From a virus (taxonomy: Duplodnaviria > Caudoviricetes), in IMG/VR virus record IMGVR_UViG_3300044300_001349, positions 1 through 28,066 of that record: a stretch of 28,066 nt of DNA; one strand, written 5' to 3'. How positions within the stretch are numbered: the first letter of the stretch is position 1; each line of letters starts with the position of its first letter. A program made the position numbers and the translations under genes. Of this stretch, positions 1 through 9,700 are shown in pieces. The notes beneath the pieces were generated by a model. It was given only the letters and a program-made list of their open reading frames with translations. It had not been told where the DNA came from and ran no database searches.

Positions 1-15
1 TGATTACAAAACGCA

Positions 16-288
16 ATGTTTCCTGTAAAGGAAGTTCCAGCAATAGGAGTTGATTCTGATAGAGAGATAGACTCAACAGGATATAAATTCATAGTAAGAG
101 AAGACACAGGGCAAGTTCTTAGTTGTATGACAGATAGTTATAGACTTGTCACAAATAAATCTATAATTGAAGCAGCTGCACCAATTGTAAAGAAACATGA
201 TGGAGAAGTAAAAGAAGTATCTATATTTAGCAATGGAAGGTCAGTTCATATGAAATGGAATTTTCCTAAACATATGAAAGATTGGTAA
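16..288 (+). CDS. DUF932-like phage/plasmid protein, N-terminal part (frameshifted; continues in 299-781)
   Basis: FPVKEVP...KFIVREDTGQVLSCMTDSYRLVTN is typical of the DUF932 N-terminus. Removing one A at about 277-279 fuses it in frame to the next ORF (..KHMKIGKDDEMTPEIV..). Confidence 0.7.
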   Translation: MFPVKEVPAIGVDSDREIDSTGYKFIVREDTGQVLSCMTDSYRLVTNKSIIEAAAPIVKKHDGEVKEVSIFSNGRSVHMKWNFPKHMKDW

Positions 289-298
289 AGATGACGAA

Positions 299-781
299 AT
301 GACACCTGAGATTGTTGTAGGCAATAGTTATGATGGAACTCTTGGAGTAAACATTATGGCTGGAGCATTTAGATTAATCTGTTTAAACGGTGCTGTTATA
401 GGTATAGTAGCTGCTAAATACAAAAACAAGCATATCAAATCCAATATCTCTTTTGATGATTTCGATGAAGTAATCTCGGAGACCATGGATAAAACAAAAC
501 TAATCTTTAAAGAAGAATTTCCTGTATTACAGGGGACTAAATTTAGAGATAGACATGTTATTGATTTCTTGCAAATGTTTCCATTACAAGCAAATGAAAT
601 GGTTACACAATCTTTAATAGCAAATAAACCTAAATCATTTTGGGATTTATTCAATGTAGGTACTAACGTACTAAGTCATCATATGAATAGAAACCAACAA
701 TCAACCCACAATGTTGAAGGAAGATTATATCCTACAATAAAGAAATGGGCTGAAAAAGAAGCGAAAGTTGCCGTCGCTTGA
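299..781 (+). CDS. DUF932-like phage/plasmid protein, C-terminal part
   Basis: Hallmark motifs NSYDG...AGAFRLICLNG...KH and C-terminal WDLFNVGT. Confidence 0.8.
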   Translation: MTPEIVVGNSYDGTLGVNIMAGAFRLICLNGAVIGIVAAKYKNKHIKSNISFDDFDEVISETMDKTKLIFKEEFPVLQGTKFRDRHVIDFLQMFPLQANEMVTQSLIANKPKSFWDLFNVGTNVLSHHMNRNQQSTHNVEGRLYPTIKKWAEKEAKVAVA

Positions 782-1601
782 TTGGTACGATTGTCCAATT
801 GTTATACCTTATTATGGGGGGAAATATACGTTGAGCAAAAAATTTGTTCCTCTTATTCCTCCTCATAGTAGGTATTTTGAAGTTTTCTCTGGAGGTTTAT
901 CAATGTTCTTCAGAAAAACTAAAGCAGAATGGAATGTACTAAACGACAAAGACAACAACATTGTTAATTTATATATGTGTGTTATATATAAGTTAGATGA
1001 ATTAGTAGAAATACTAAATTGGCTTCCTAAATCTCGTAAATTATTCTTAGATTTTAAGGTTGAAGTTCAAGAAAAACGAGAGATAGAAATACCAGACCCA
1101 ATGAGGGCTGCTCAATATTTCTATTGCATCAGACATAGCTTTAATAAATTAATTCATACCCCAATGTCAATGGTAAAGGATTGGAGAAAGAACTGGGAAG
1201 AAGAATTTAAATACTCAAGAGAAAAGATAAACGGATCTACTATTGAAAATTTAGATTTTGAAGAATTAATTGATAAATATGAACCAAAAAAAGGAGACTT
1301 TTGGTATTTAGATCCACCTTATTTCGTAGCTCATGAAAAAGGCAATAAATATTATCAACATAATTTTAACGCTGACGATCATTTGAGATTGAAAAATAAA
1401 GTAGATAAAATACACAAACAAGGTGCAAAGTTTATGATTAGTTATGATTACAGAGATGAAGTTAAAGAACTGTACAAAGATTACAATATCAAAACTATAG
1501 ACTTAAAATATTGTGGAGCAACTGATGAAGCTAAACAAAAGGAACGTAAAGAATATTTAATATTAAATTACAAACCTGTTAATCAAATAGGTTTATTTTA
1601 A
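768..1601 (+). CDS. dam: DNA adenine N6-methyltransferase, Dam/D12 class (orphan in this window)
   Basis: PYYGGK, SAM-binding YFEVFSGGLS, LNDKD and catalytic YLDPPY in alpha-class order, plus C-terminal ERKEYLILNY. TTG start overlaps the upstream gene. Confidence 0.93.
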   Translation: MPSLDWYDCPIVIPYYGGKYTLSKKFVPLIPPHSRYFEVFSGGLSMFFRKTKAEWNVLNDKDNNIVNLYMCVIYKLDELVEILNWLPKSRKLFLDFKVEVQEKREIEIPDPMRAAQYFYCIRHSFNKLIHTPMSMVKDWRKNWEEEFKYSREKINGSTIENLDFEELIDKYEPKKGDFWYLDPPYFVAHEKGNKYYQHNFNADDHLRLKNKVDKIHKQGAKFMISYDYRDEVKELYKDYNIKTIDLKYCGATDEAKQKERKEYLILNYKPVNQIGLF

Positions 1602-1612
1602 AAGGAGACAAT

Positions 1613-2926
1613 ATGGCTAAGGAGATAAAACTAGCTCCATCCGCTCAAGATGCTGAAGAAGCTTTGCTTGGATGCATAATTGAAGGAGGAGAAAGAGAAC
1701 AAGAAGTAGCAATGGCTTGGATAAGGGATAATGATGCATTTTACAATACAGACAATAGAATAATATGGGAATCAATGGCAGAACTATATAGAGATAAAGT
1801 AGATATAGATTTTGTTACTTTATGCAACAAAGTAAAAGATATGCATGGAGATAGCAAAGCTTATTACATAACTGGATTAACTGAAAGTGTAACTAGTAAA
1901 CAAAATATAGAAGAATATGCAAGAATAGTATGGGAAAAGTATATACAAAGAGAGACTGCTAAATCAGCAGAAGCTTTATTAAATGCAAGTTACGAAGATT
2001 ACAAAAACGTAGGAAGTATATTAGAGAAACATAGTAGATTGATCGATGAATTAAGACAAATACAACCATCTAGACAAAGAGATATAAATGTATTAGTTGA
2101 TGAAATGAGAGCAACAGTTGAAGAAGATTCTAATCTTATACCATTTAATCTTGGACATCTTGATACATTTGCAGGTGGAATGACTCGTAAAGAAATAACC
2201 GTACTAGGCGGTAGGCCCGGTCATGGTAAAACAACTCTTGTGATAAATATTATTAGAGGATTAATTGAACAAGGATATAGAGTAATGTTATTCAATCGAG
2301 AAATGAGTAATACAGAAATGTTGAAGAAGATGGTAGTAATGGAATCGAATGGATTAAAATATGGAGATATAAGACGAAATGATCTATCTGAAACTAGTAA
2401 AGAAGAGTTTGAATTAGTATCTGAAAAGATGAAACATAATTATGAAAACTTTTTGATGTATGATAATGTAAGAACATTGGATGATTGCTTGAGAGAAATA
2501 GCAAAACATAAACCTGATGTTGTTATAGATGATTACATACAATTGATTGATGTTCAAGGTGTTAAAGAAGGAAGAAGATTCGAGATAGAGAAAATAATGC
2601 AAGAATACAAATGGATATGTAAACAAGAAGATTGTTCTTCAATACTCGTATCGCAATTGAACAGGGAAATAGAAAAACGATTTGATCCTAGACCTCGTAT
2701 GAGCGATTATGCAGAATCAGGTGTAATCGAACAAACTGCTGAATCAGCTATGTTTGTATTTTATGGACATAACTTTGATAGTGAAAAGTTTAATCCATAC
2801 AAGAGTGAAATCATAGTATCTAAAAGTAGATACGGAAAGATAGGAACTCATGCAGTGGGATTTAATGGAGGTAGATGTAAATTCTACATGAACTCGAATA
2901 TGGCAGAAAAAGATAACATTGCGTAA
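1613..2926 (+). CDS. dnaB: Replicative DNA helicase, DnaB family
   Basis: N-terminal AEEALLG domain, Walker A GGRPGHGKT, REM, Walker B IDDYIQL, SQLNR, RPRMSDYAESGVIEQTA and KSRYG. SD AAGGAG at 1602-1607. Confidence 0.96.
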   Translation: MAKEIKLAPSAQDAEEALLGCIIEGGEREQEVAMAWIRDNDAFYNTDNRIIWESMAELYRDKVDIDFVTLCNKVKDMHGDSKAYYITGLTESVTSKQNIEEYARIVWEKYIQRETAKSAEALLNASYEDYKNVGSILEKHSRLIDELRQIQPSRQRDINVLVDEMRATVEEDSNLIPFNLGHLDTFAGGMTRKEITVLGGRPGHGKTTLVINIIRGLIEQGYRVMLFNREMSNTEMLKKMVVMESNGLKYGDIRRNDLSETSKEEFELVSEKMKHNYENFLMYDNVRTLDDCLREIAKHKPDVVIDDYIQLIDVQGVKEGRRFEIEKIMQEYKWICKQEDCSSILVSQLNREIEKRFDPRPRMSDYAESGVIEQTAESAMFVFYGHNFDSEKFNPYKSEIIVSKSRYGKIGTHAVGFNGGRCKFYMNSNMAEKDNIA

Positions 2927-3224
2927 AAGTTGTTATGGGTGCTTCTTTGAAGTCTCCTCCAAATGCTATTGGTTTACTTTAGCAAAAAAGGAGCACCCAA
3001 AACCTATACCTCAAGAAATAATGAGTAAAGGTTGCAAACAATATAAAAACAATGTATCTATTGGATATAAAGCTGGAGATCAATTAACTGATAAAATAAT
3101 AAATACATTTAACGGAGAAATACTAGGAGACAAGTATGAACCTCCAGTTAAACAAACAAGAACATACAAAAGAAAGTATGTTAAAAGTCCACATAAATAT
3201 GCATATAGGAGAGATGCACAATGA
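2919..3224 (+). CDS. Hypothetical protein with four-Cys putative metal-binding motif
   Basis: CYGC-x7-C...GC pattern and basic C-terminus. Overlaps both neighbours in the operon; TTG start. Confidence 0.65.
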   Translation: MRKSCYGCFFEVSSKCYWFTLAKKEHPKPIPQEIMSKGCKQYKNNVSIGYKAGDQLTDKIINTFNGEILGDKYEPPVKQTRTYKRKYVKSPHKYAYRRDAQ

Positions 3225-3712
3225 ATAAAACAATAATAGGAATAGATCCAGGTGCTAGTGGAGCATTATGCTTTACTAACTCAGAAACAAAAGATATATA
3301 TACACACAAATGCCACAAATTAATAAGTGGTAGAAGACTAACTGTATCTATGGCTTTAAATGCATATAAATTTAAAGAAGCAATAACATATATAGAAAAA
3401 GTTCATGCGATGCCTCACGATGGTAGAAGTTCTTTATTTAAATTTGGAGTAAACTATGGAGCATGGTTAGGAATACTTAATTCAATAAAAGGAATAACTA
3501 AAATAGTAGAAGTATCACCACAAAAATGGATGAAGTTTTGGGAAAATAAAATAGGAGAAAAGTTACCTAAGATAAAAAAAGATAGAAAGAATAAACTAAA
3601 AGAAATAGCATCAATTTACACAGAGAAACCTGCAACGCTATGGAATGCTGATGCAGTATTAATAACAATGTACGGAATGTACACAGAAATGGAGAGAGAC
3701 AATGGAACATAG
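3221..3712 (+). CDS. RuvC-like Holliday junction resolvase (phage type)
   Basis: IIGIDPGASGA, YIEKV, FKFGVNYG, VSPQKW and ADAVLI match the RNase H-fold RuvC-like motifs. Confidence 0.88.
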   Translation: MNKTIIGIDPGASGALCFTNSETKDIYTHKCHKLISGRRLTVSMALNAYKFKEAITYIEKVHAMPHDGRSSLFKFGVNYGAWLGILNSIKGITKIVEVSPQKWMKFWENKIGEKLPKIKKDRKNKLKEIASIYTEKPATLWNADAVLITMYGMYTEMERDNGT

Positions 3713-3887
3713 AGACAGTATAGAACTTTGGATATACACATCCAAAAATATTAATAAAACTATTGAAAAAGCAGCGGATAGATATGACACTAAAACTATA
3801 ATAAGTTTGTTAAATCAATTTAGACAAGCAACTGAAGCTTTGCAAAAACTTCTTGAAATGTCAAATGAAGAAAAGTTTACAGCATAA
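3702..3887 (+). CDS. Hypothetical protein (61 aa), last gene of the + strand operon
   Basis: GGAG upstream, overlaps the resolvase end, and fills the space up to the convergence point. Confidence 0.65.
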   Translation: MEHRDSIELWIYTSKNINKTIEKAADRYDTKTIISLLNQFRQATEALQKLLEMSNEEKFTA

Positions 3888-3934
3888 TCTCCTTTGCTGA
3901 CTGAAAGAATGGAGAGGTATTTATTTACCTCTTC
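3888..3934. terminator. Hairpin(s) at the convergent junction, possible bidirectional terminator
   Basis: GGAGAGGTA-tttatt-TACCTCTTC (3911-3934) forms a 9-bp stem with one G-U pair. An alternative pairing is TCTCC (3888-3892) with GGAGA (3911-3915). There is no long U tract. Confidence 0.4.
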
Positions 3935-6755
3935 GTTCTAATTCTTCAAATGACTTTCGTATTTCGGTAGGAAGTCCTTGATATTTTGACCTTTTAGGTT
4001 TCTTTTTTATCCTATCAAAATAATAATTCGGCATTTTATCTTTTATAAAAGGAGGTAAAGCGTCTTGCAAAACATTAGGTTCGTTTTTTGGTTTAGGATA
4101 AAAAGTAAGTTCTTGACTAACTGATGTTGATACACCAGAAATAAGACCTCTTCTTAAAATCATAGGAATATATCTATCATATATACGACCACCCATTTGA
4201 TTAAGTAATTTTATATCCCTAACTGCTTTATCTGTATTATCATCATTAGTAAAATCACCAGTGTTGATAATTAAATTGTCTAAATATTCGTTATCTGCAT
4301 TTATTAATTCTGTTTGTATTCCTATATCCATTAAAGTTCCAAACGTAGGGCCAAGTTTAGAACCAATTATACCTTTACCATAAAAATTTCTATTTAATTT
4401 TTCTACTTGTTCTTCATCATCTAAGTCAGTTGTTAGTAATAAAGCTATATCTTCACCAATTTCTACACCAACATGTTCGATTAATGTCTGATTTACACCA
4501 GTTAAACTAGTTATAACAAAAGGAGCTAACAAATAAGCAGTAGCCATATTCATAGCTTTATGAACACCTCTAGCATCTTTTAACCAATTAGAAAAACTAT
4601 CATCGCCTAAAGCTTGTAAGTCACCCATACTTTCTTTCCATATAGCATAGTTTCTTTCCATAAATTCCATACCATAATGTTGAAACTGAAATGCAAATTG
4701 ACCTATACCTTCTCTTAAATTTCTAGCTTTAGCATAAGCATTATAATCAAAATGATTAACTATAACCATATTTTTAGCATATGCCCTTGCTATTCTTTTT
4801 ATTTCAGATTCTTCAGATCTTTTTAAATCACCACTTTGTATTCTTTCTTCTATATTTTTTCTAAACAAAGGAGTTTCGTTCATTAATTTATGAATTTGCC
4901 CATAAGCTATTTCAAATGTTTTTTCTCTATTCCAATTCTCAGCAGTTCTATGGAACCAACTACTTTTTTTAGCTAAGTAACTAGACCCTCTAGCAAATAT
5001 TTTTAATCCTTTATAAACATAATTTTCGTCACCAATATAAATTATTTTACCTGTTTCTGGATCTATAGTCCTTATTTTTGTTAAAGGTCTTTCTGTTTTG
5101 ACACCAGATTCTAAAGCAGCTTCAGATGTATCCATTAATAAATTAGCTTTTTGCAATTCATTTTTAACATTTAATGTTATATTAGCCTTATCTAAATATT
5201 TTCTAGATTCTTTCATTGCTTGTCTGCCAAATGTTGCATAGTTCATCAAATACTGAGTAGAATTTCTAGCAGCGGATCTAAGGCTAAATCCTAATTTATT
5301 TGTAAATTGATATGATAATAAAGTTCTTCTTATTAATTCAGCAGATCCTTGTTGTTTAGTGTTTCCATTAAATGTTCCATGTATGCTATCAATTATATCA
5401 ACGACTTTACTAGCATAATCAGATTCTTGATCGTATGTTTTTTTAGCTAAATTAACAGACTTTAAAAAACTTGAATTTAAAAAAGATGTTGTATTGAATT
5501 TATTTACATTATGAATATATGAATTAATAACATCTATAAAGTTTTTACTATACTCAAAATCATTTGATTGACTTCTAGAATTTGCATGATTAGTAATCCA
5601 AAATTGCATATTTTCAATAATGTCATCAATAGATTTTTTTTCTTTTACTAAATCTAAACTACTTTTATTTAAATCTTCTATATGCGACATCAATCCATCC
5701 ATCATCGTATTATTTAAATCTCTAACATAATGAGGAAAATAACCATCCTCTTTATATTTAGGCATTAATTCAGATAATAATTTTTCTTTAATATTACTTA
5801 AGGATTCTTCAGTTCCTTTGAAGTCTGGCCTTCCTTTTATTCTTGATATGGTAGAATTAATTACCTCTGTTATACCATTTCTTAAATCTGCATAAGACTG
5901 TGTCATTAATTCATTATATTCTTTTAAAGCAGGTATTGATCTTTCATCAACTCCAACGCCTTGAAAGTATTTGTAATATTCGTTTTTATCTAATCTAACT
6001 AATCTTGTTCCATTGTCATATTCTTCGACTCTTTTTTTAGCATCTTTATTAGTTTTTGCCAACTCTACTTCATCATTGTATTTTTCTTTAATAGCTAATG
6101 GAGTAGCATTTTCAACAAGTTTTATAAAATCAACAAAAGTTTTAGTAATGCCAGAATTTTCAAAGTTTGTTAAATCTTCTTTTGTTTTTTGTATATTAGA
6201 TTTATCTCCAGAATCAAGAGCTTTAACATATTCTAGTTCTAGTTTTCTATAATTATTAAATGCTTTATCTATTTGTTTATCTGTAATTTTTTTACCATTT
6301 GGTAATTGACCAGATATTTTTATTTGAGATAATACATTATTAAAACTTTCTTCTAATTCAAGACTTCTTCTTGCATCATTTTCTACAATTCTTCTAACAT
6401 CTTTTATAGTTTCAAATAATACTGGATCAGATTTTCCTAACATAGTTCCAGTCATAAATCCTTCAAATGCTTTAAAAGGACTTATTTTATTATTAGCAAC
6501 TCTACCAGCATATGTATCTAAATCTTTTAAAAAAGAATTAATTGTTCCATTAGTTATAAAAGGATTGCCTAATTTTTCAGATAGTAAAGCAGCTGTTTCT
6601 ATTGGCAATTGAAATCTAGATTCAAACAATGATATAGCAGATTCATATGGAGCTTGTATGTTTTTTAAAACATCTTTTCTATTAGCCCAATTATCAATAC
6701 CATCAAGCAACCTTATTGCTTTTTTATTTTTTACTTCTTGACAATCTAATTGCAA
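3921..6755 (-). CDS. Large internal virion / DNA ejection protein (resembles the C-terminal membrane-channel region of podovirus ejection proteins)
   Basis: 944 aa, helical composition. Motifs YFPH, KLGFSLRSAARNSTQ and HFDY...LR..IGQFAFQFQHY followed by a hydrophobic segment (MATAYLLAPFVITSLTG). Last gene of the ejection module; TTG start with AGAGG 7 nt upstream; single Cys. Confidence 0.65.
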   Translation of the reverse strand: MQLDCQEVKNKKAIRLLDGIDNWANRKDVLKNIQAPYESAISLFESRFQLPIETAALLSEKLGNPFITNGTINSFLKDLDTYAGRVANNKISPFKAFEGFMTGTMLGKSDPVLFETIKDVRRIVENDARRSLELEESFNNVLSQIKISGQLPNGKKITDKQIDKAFNNYRKLELEYVKALDSGDKSNIQKTKEDLTNFENSGITKTFVDFIKLVENATPLAIKEKYNDEVELAKTNKDAKKRVEEYDNGTRLVRLDKNEYYKYFQGVGVDERSIPALKEYNELMTQSYADLRNGITEVINSTISRIKGRPDFKGTEESLSNIKEKLLSELMPKYKEDGYFPHYVRDLNNTMMDGLMSHIEDLNKSSLDLVKEKKSIDDIIENMQFWITNHANSRSQSNDFEYSKNFIDVINSYIHNVNKFNTTSFLNSSFLKSVNLAKKTYDQESDYASKVVDIIDSIHGTFNGNTKQQGSAELIRRTLLSYQFTNKLGFSLRSAARNSTQYLMNYATFGRQAMKESRKYLDKANITLNVKNELQKANLLMDTSEAALESGVKTERPLTKIRTIDPETGKIIYIGDENYVYKGLKIFARGSSYLAKKSSWFHRTAENWNREKTFEIAYGQIHKLMNETPLFRKNIEERIQSGDLKRSEESEIKRIARAYAKNMVIVNHFDYNAYAKARNLREGIGQFAFQFQHYGMEFMERNYAIWKESMGDLQALGDDSFSNWLKDARGVHKAMNMATAYLLAPFVITSLTGVNQTLIEHVGVEIGEDIALLLTTDLDDEEQVEKLNRNFYGKGIIGSKLGPTFGTLMDIGIQTELINADNEYLDNLIINTGDFTNDDNTDKAVRDIKLLNQMGGRIYDRYIPMILRRGLISGVSTSVSQELTFYPKPKNEPNVLQDALPPFIKDKMPNYYFDRIKKKPKRSKYQGLPTEIRKSFEELERRGK

Positions 6756-9700
6756 TTCAAAGCCTCTCTAATTTTAAGTGTCTTTTCTCTTCCAGAATCT
6801 TTAAATGGCATTTCTCTCACACCATTAATTAAAGAACTTTCCATATCAGTAATATTCTTTAACATATTTATTAATTTTTTAGGTTTTTTACGAAGAGTAG
6901 GTTCAAACTGTATAAATTCAAAATGATTATACATTTTATTATTCTTTAAGTTTTCTGGCAATCCATCATCTCCCTCTACATCATATATTTTTTGTTGAGA
7001 TATTTTAACAAAATCTTCATCTAAAGATAATCTTTTTTCTATATGTTTTAAAGGATTCATATAATCTTTTCTATAAGAATACTCTTCAATGTCATTTAAT
7101 TTATTTACAAAATCATAATACTCTTTAGATGTTTTGTTAGGTAATAAATCAATATAATCCTTATACATACCAATAACAGATTTATTTATAGTAGAAAATT
7201 CGTTAGACGGCAATGATTCTGATAACCAATTAAAATCTAAATTATTTTTTATTCTTCTTTGCATATTCTTATCAAATGGCATAATACCCATTCTATCCAT
7301 TTGCATATCTGATCTTGATCTTAAAGATACATCTTTATTAAAAAACTTTCTATAATATTCATTAGCATCTAACATAACGTCTAAAGAATATTCACTTGCT
7401 AATCTAGCTGATTTTTGTCTAGATACTTCATTACCTACAAGTTTTTTACCACTAGCTATTCCAGCTAATAATTGTATTCCATGAGAATATCTTTTTGATT
7501 CTTTATAAGGAATTGATATTGGTCTATTATTAAATACCCCAATTGCATCTCTATTTCTTGTAGGTTCCATGTATGCATATAAGAATTTTATTCCATGTTT
7601 TTCTATCTTATCTAATAAATATTTCTGTCTTAATTCAAATACATTAGCTATTCCAGAAGAATGTTGAGCAACATAATCAATCATTTTTTTACTAGTTAAA
7701 ATAGATTTTCTACCAAAAGGTATTATGTCATCTAACAAAGTATTTGATCCGTATGTTTCTTTATTAAATTGCTTAATAGCATCTAAATCTTCTCTTTGTT
7801 TTTTTGTTAATGATTCAGTCCAACTATCGTATTTAAACCCACCTGGAGAATGTCTTAACATAGCACTCATAGTATTTGCATGAATAACTGATCTTTTTAA
7901 ATTGCTATCATCTATTAAAACGTAATCTTTATATTTTAAATCTCGTGGATTAATTTTAGATATATCTTTTTTATATTGTGTATAAAATTTTTCTTTTAAT
8001 TTTTTTATTACATAATCAAAAGATTGTATTTTATTCTTTTTCCATTTTAATCCATAATTGCTTTTTCTTATTATTTCTTTTTTATAAGATAATCTTTTAA
8101 TTGAAGCAATACTTTTATTAAAGTTTTTTGTATCATTAACTATAGCCGTAGTTAATTCATCTAAATTATCAGTATCAATTGGAGGAAGATCTAAATCAGA
8201 AGAATCTTCTATTTTTGAATCAACATATTTTGATGGAGAAGAAACTAAAGAATCAAACCATTCTTCAATTTTTAAATAAACATTTGTATCTAAATTATAC
8301 TGTTTCCTATCTTCCATTAAATCTTTTTTAGCAATAGTTACTGCTATTCTATCTAAATAACCTCCACCTTTTCCATCATATATATCTCTTGATTTTTTAT
8401 CTATGGGTTTAAATCTTCCATTTTCTTTTTTCAATAACTCATCTAAATATATATCGTCGTCTTTTTGTAAAATTTTTCTTTTATGAAATAATTGTCTTTT
8501 AAGTGAATCATATAAGTTTTTATGAAAATCTCTAAATCCTTTTGCACCAATTTGTAAATCATAAAATGATGATTTTCTAGGGACTCCATCTGTGTATGAT
8601 TGATCTCCAAACGCTGTAAGTAATTTATTTTGTTGATTTAAAAATTCTCTAATAACTAACTTATCAGCTTCATTTAAATCTTCAGTTGCTTTGTATTTCC
8701 CATCTTCTAATTTATATTTTTCAAATATCCTAACTCTTTTACCAGTTGCTGTTTGCCCATTTTGTAATATTTCTTTTAGATCAGATGATCTTGCTTCTCT
8801 TGGAGATATTGAATTTCTATTATCTGGGAATAAATAATTATCAGACCATTCATATATATTTGATGATATATTAGGATTTAATTTATTCGCCCCATCTAAT
8901 ATGTATTGAGTTTCATAAGCACTTCTTTGATAATATGCTAATGTTCTTGTATCAACTGTAACAAATTCATTATCACCAGATTTGTACATAATACCTGGCC
9001 CGTCAAAATCATTCGTCATTTTATTTTGTTTTATATTTAAATCCCATTTTTCTCTTTTCGTAGCATCAAATAAATAATTATCATTTGCTAAATTTTGTAA
9101 ATAATTTATTTTTCTAGGAGTTTTTTGTACAATACCAATTCCTCTTTTATACCCAACGCTTGTTCCTATTTTTTGCAACATGCTTTTATGAGATGCTTTA
9201 GAATCTAATTGAAATGTAAAATTAGATGGAGATTGAGCATCAGAAGGATCAATTCCTTGAACATGAAATGCTTGGTTTCTATTTATATAATCAAACATAA
9301 AATCACTATGAGCAAAAAAGTAATCTACTTTATCAGCATCATAATCACCTTCATATGTATTAACAATATCAAAACTATTTATCTCAACAGCTAATCCTTG
9401 TTCTTTAGAAAGAAAACCTTTTAATCCTAATAATGTAATATCATCTGGTCTCGTTCTTGGATTCCTTCTAGATATAACACCCAATTCATATCTAGTACCT
9501 GTCATTTCAGAAATAGATTGTATAAAATCATGTGCAGTTTCTAATGTAGCATTAGTTGTTAAATATTCTTCTGCACTTTCAATATACTTTTCATCTTCTT
9601 TTGTTATAGAATCTTTAAAATCATCTAAAAATTCTTTAACATTTAATACTCTTTTATTTTGAACTATTCTTATATTTTTACCACTTTGTGATAATTGCGA

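Noticed and set aside
328-2626. Minus-strand ORFs 328-654 and 2414-2626
   Set aside because: They are antisense to well-supported DUF932-like and DnaB genes.
3221-3712. RuvC-like gene as a TnpB/Cas12-type RNA-guided nuclease or as restriction partner of the MTase
   Set aside because: It is only 163 aa with no Zn-finger/REC regions or adjacent ncRNA space. It matches a stand-alone phage resolvase in a replication operon.
6746-6770. Programmed -1 frameshift fusing the 2849-aa and 944-aa ORFs
   Set aside because: The downstream frame is open only four codons upstream of its TTG, there is no X-XXY-YYZ slippery heptamer, and an AGAGG SD sits 7 nt before the TTG. Independent initiation is simpler.
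8995-9020. NDFDGP in the giant protein as the polymerase catalytic motif (also AYDGDD near 10375 and DRSDGD near 11260)
   Set aside because: These lack the third Asp or the upstream R-x-P strand context. EGDYDADK has the right spacing from RRNP.
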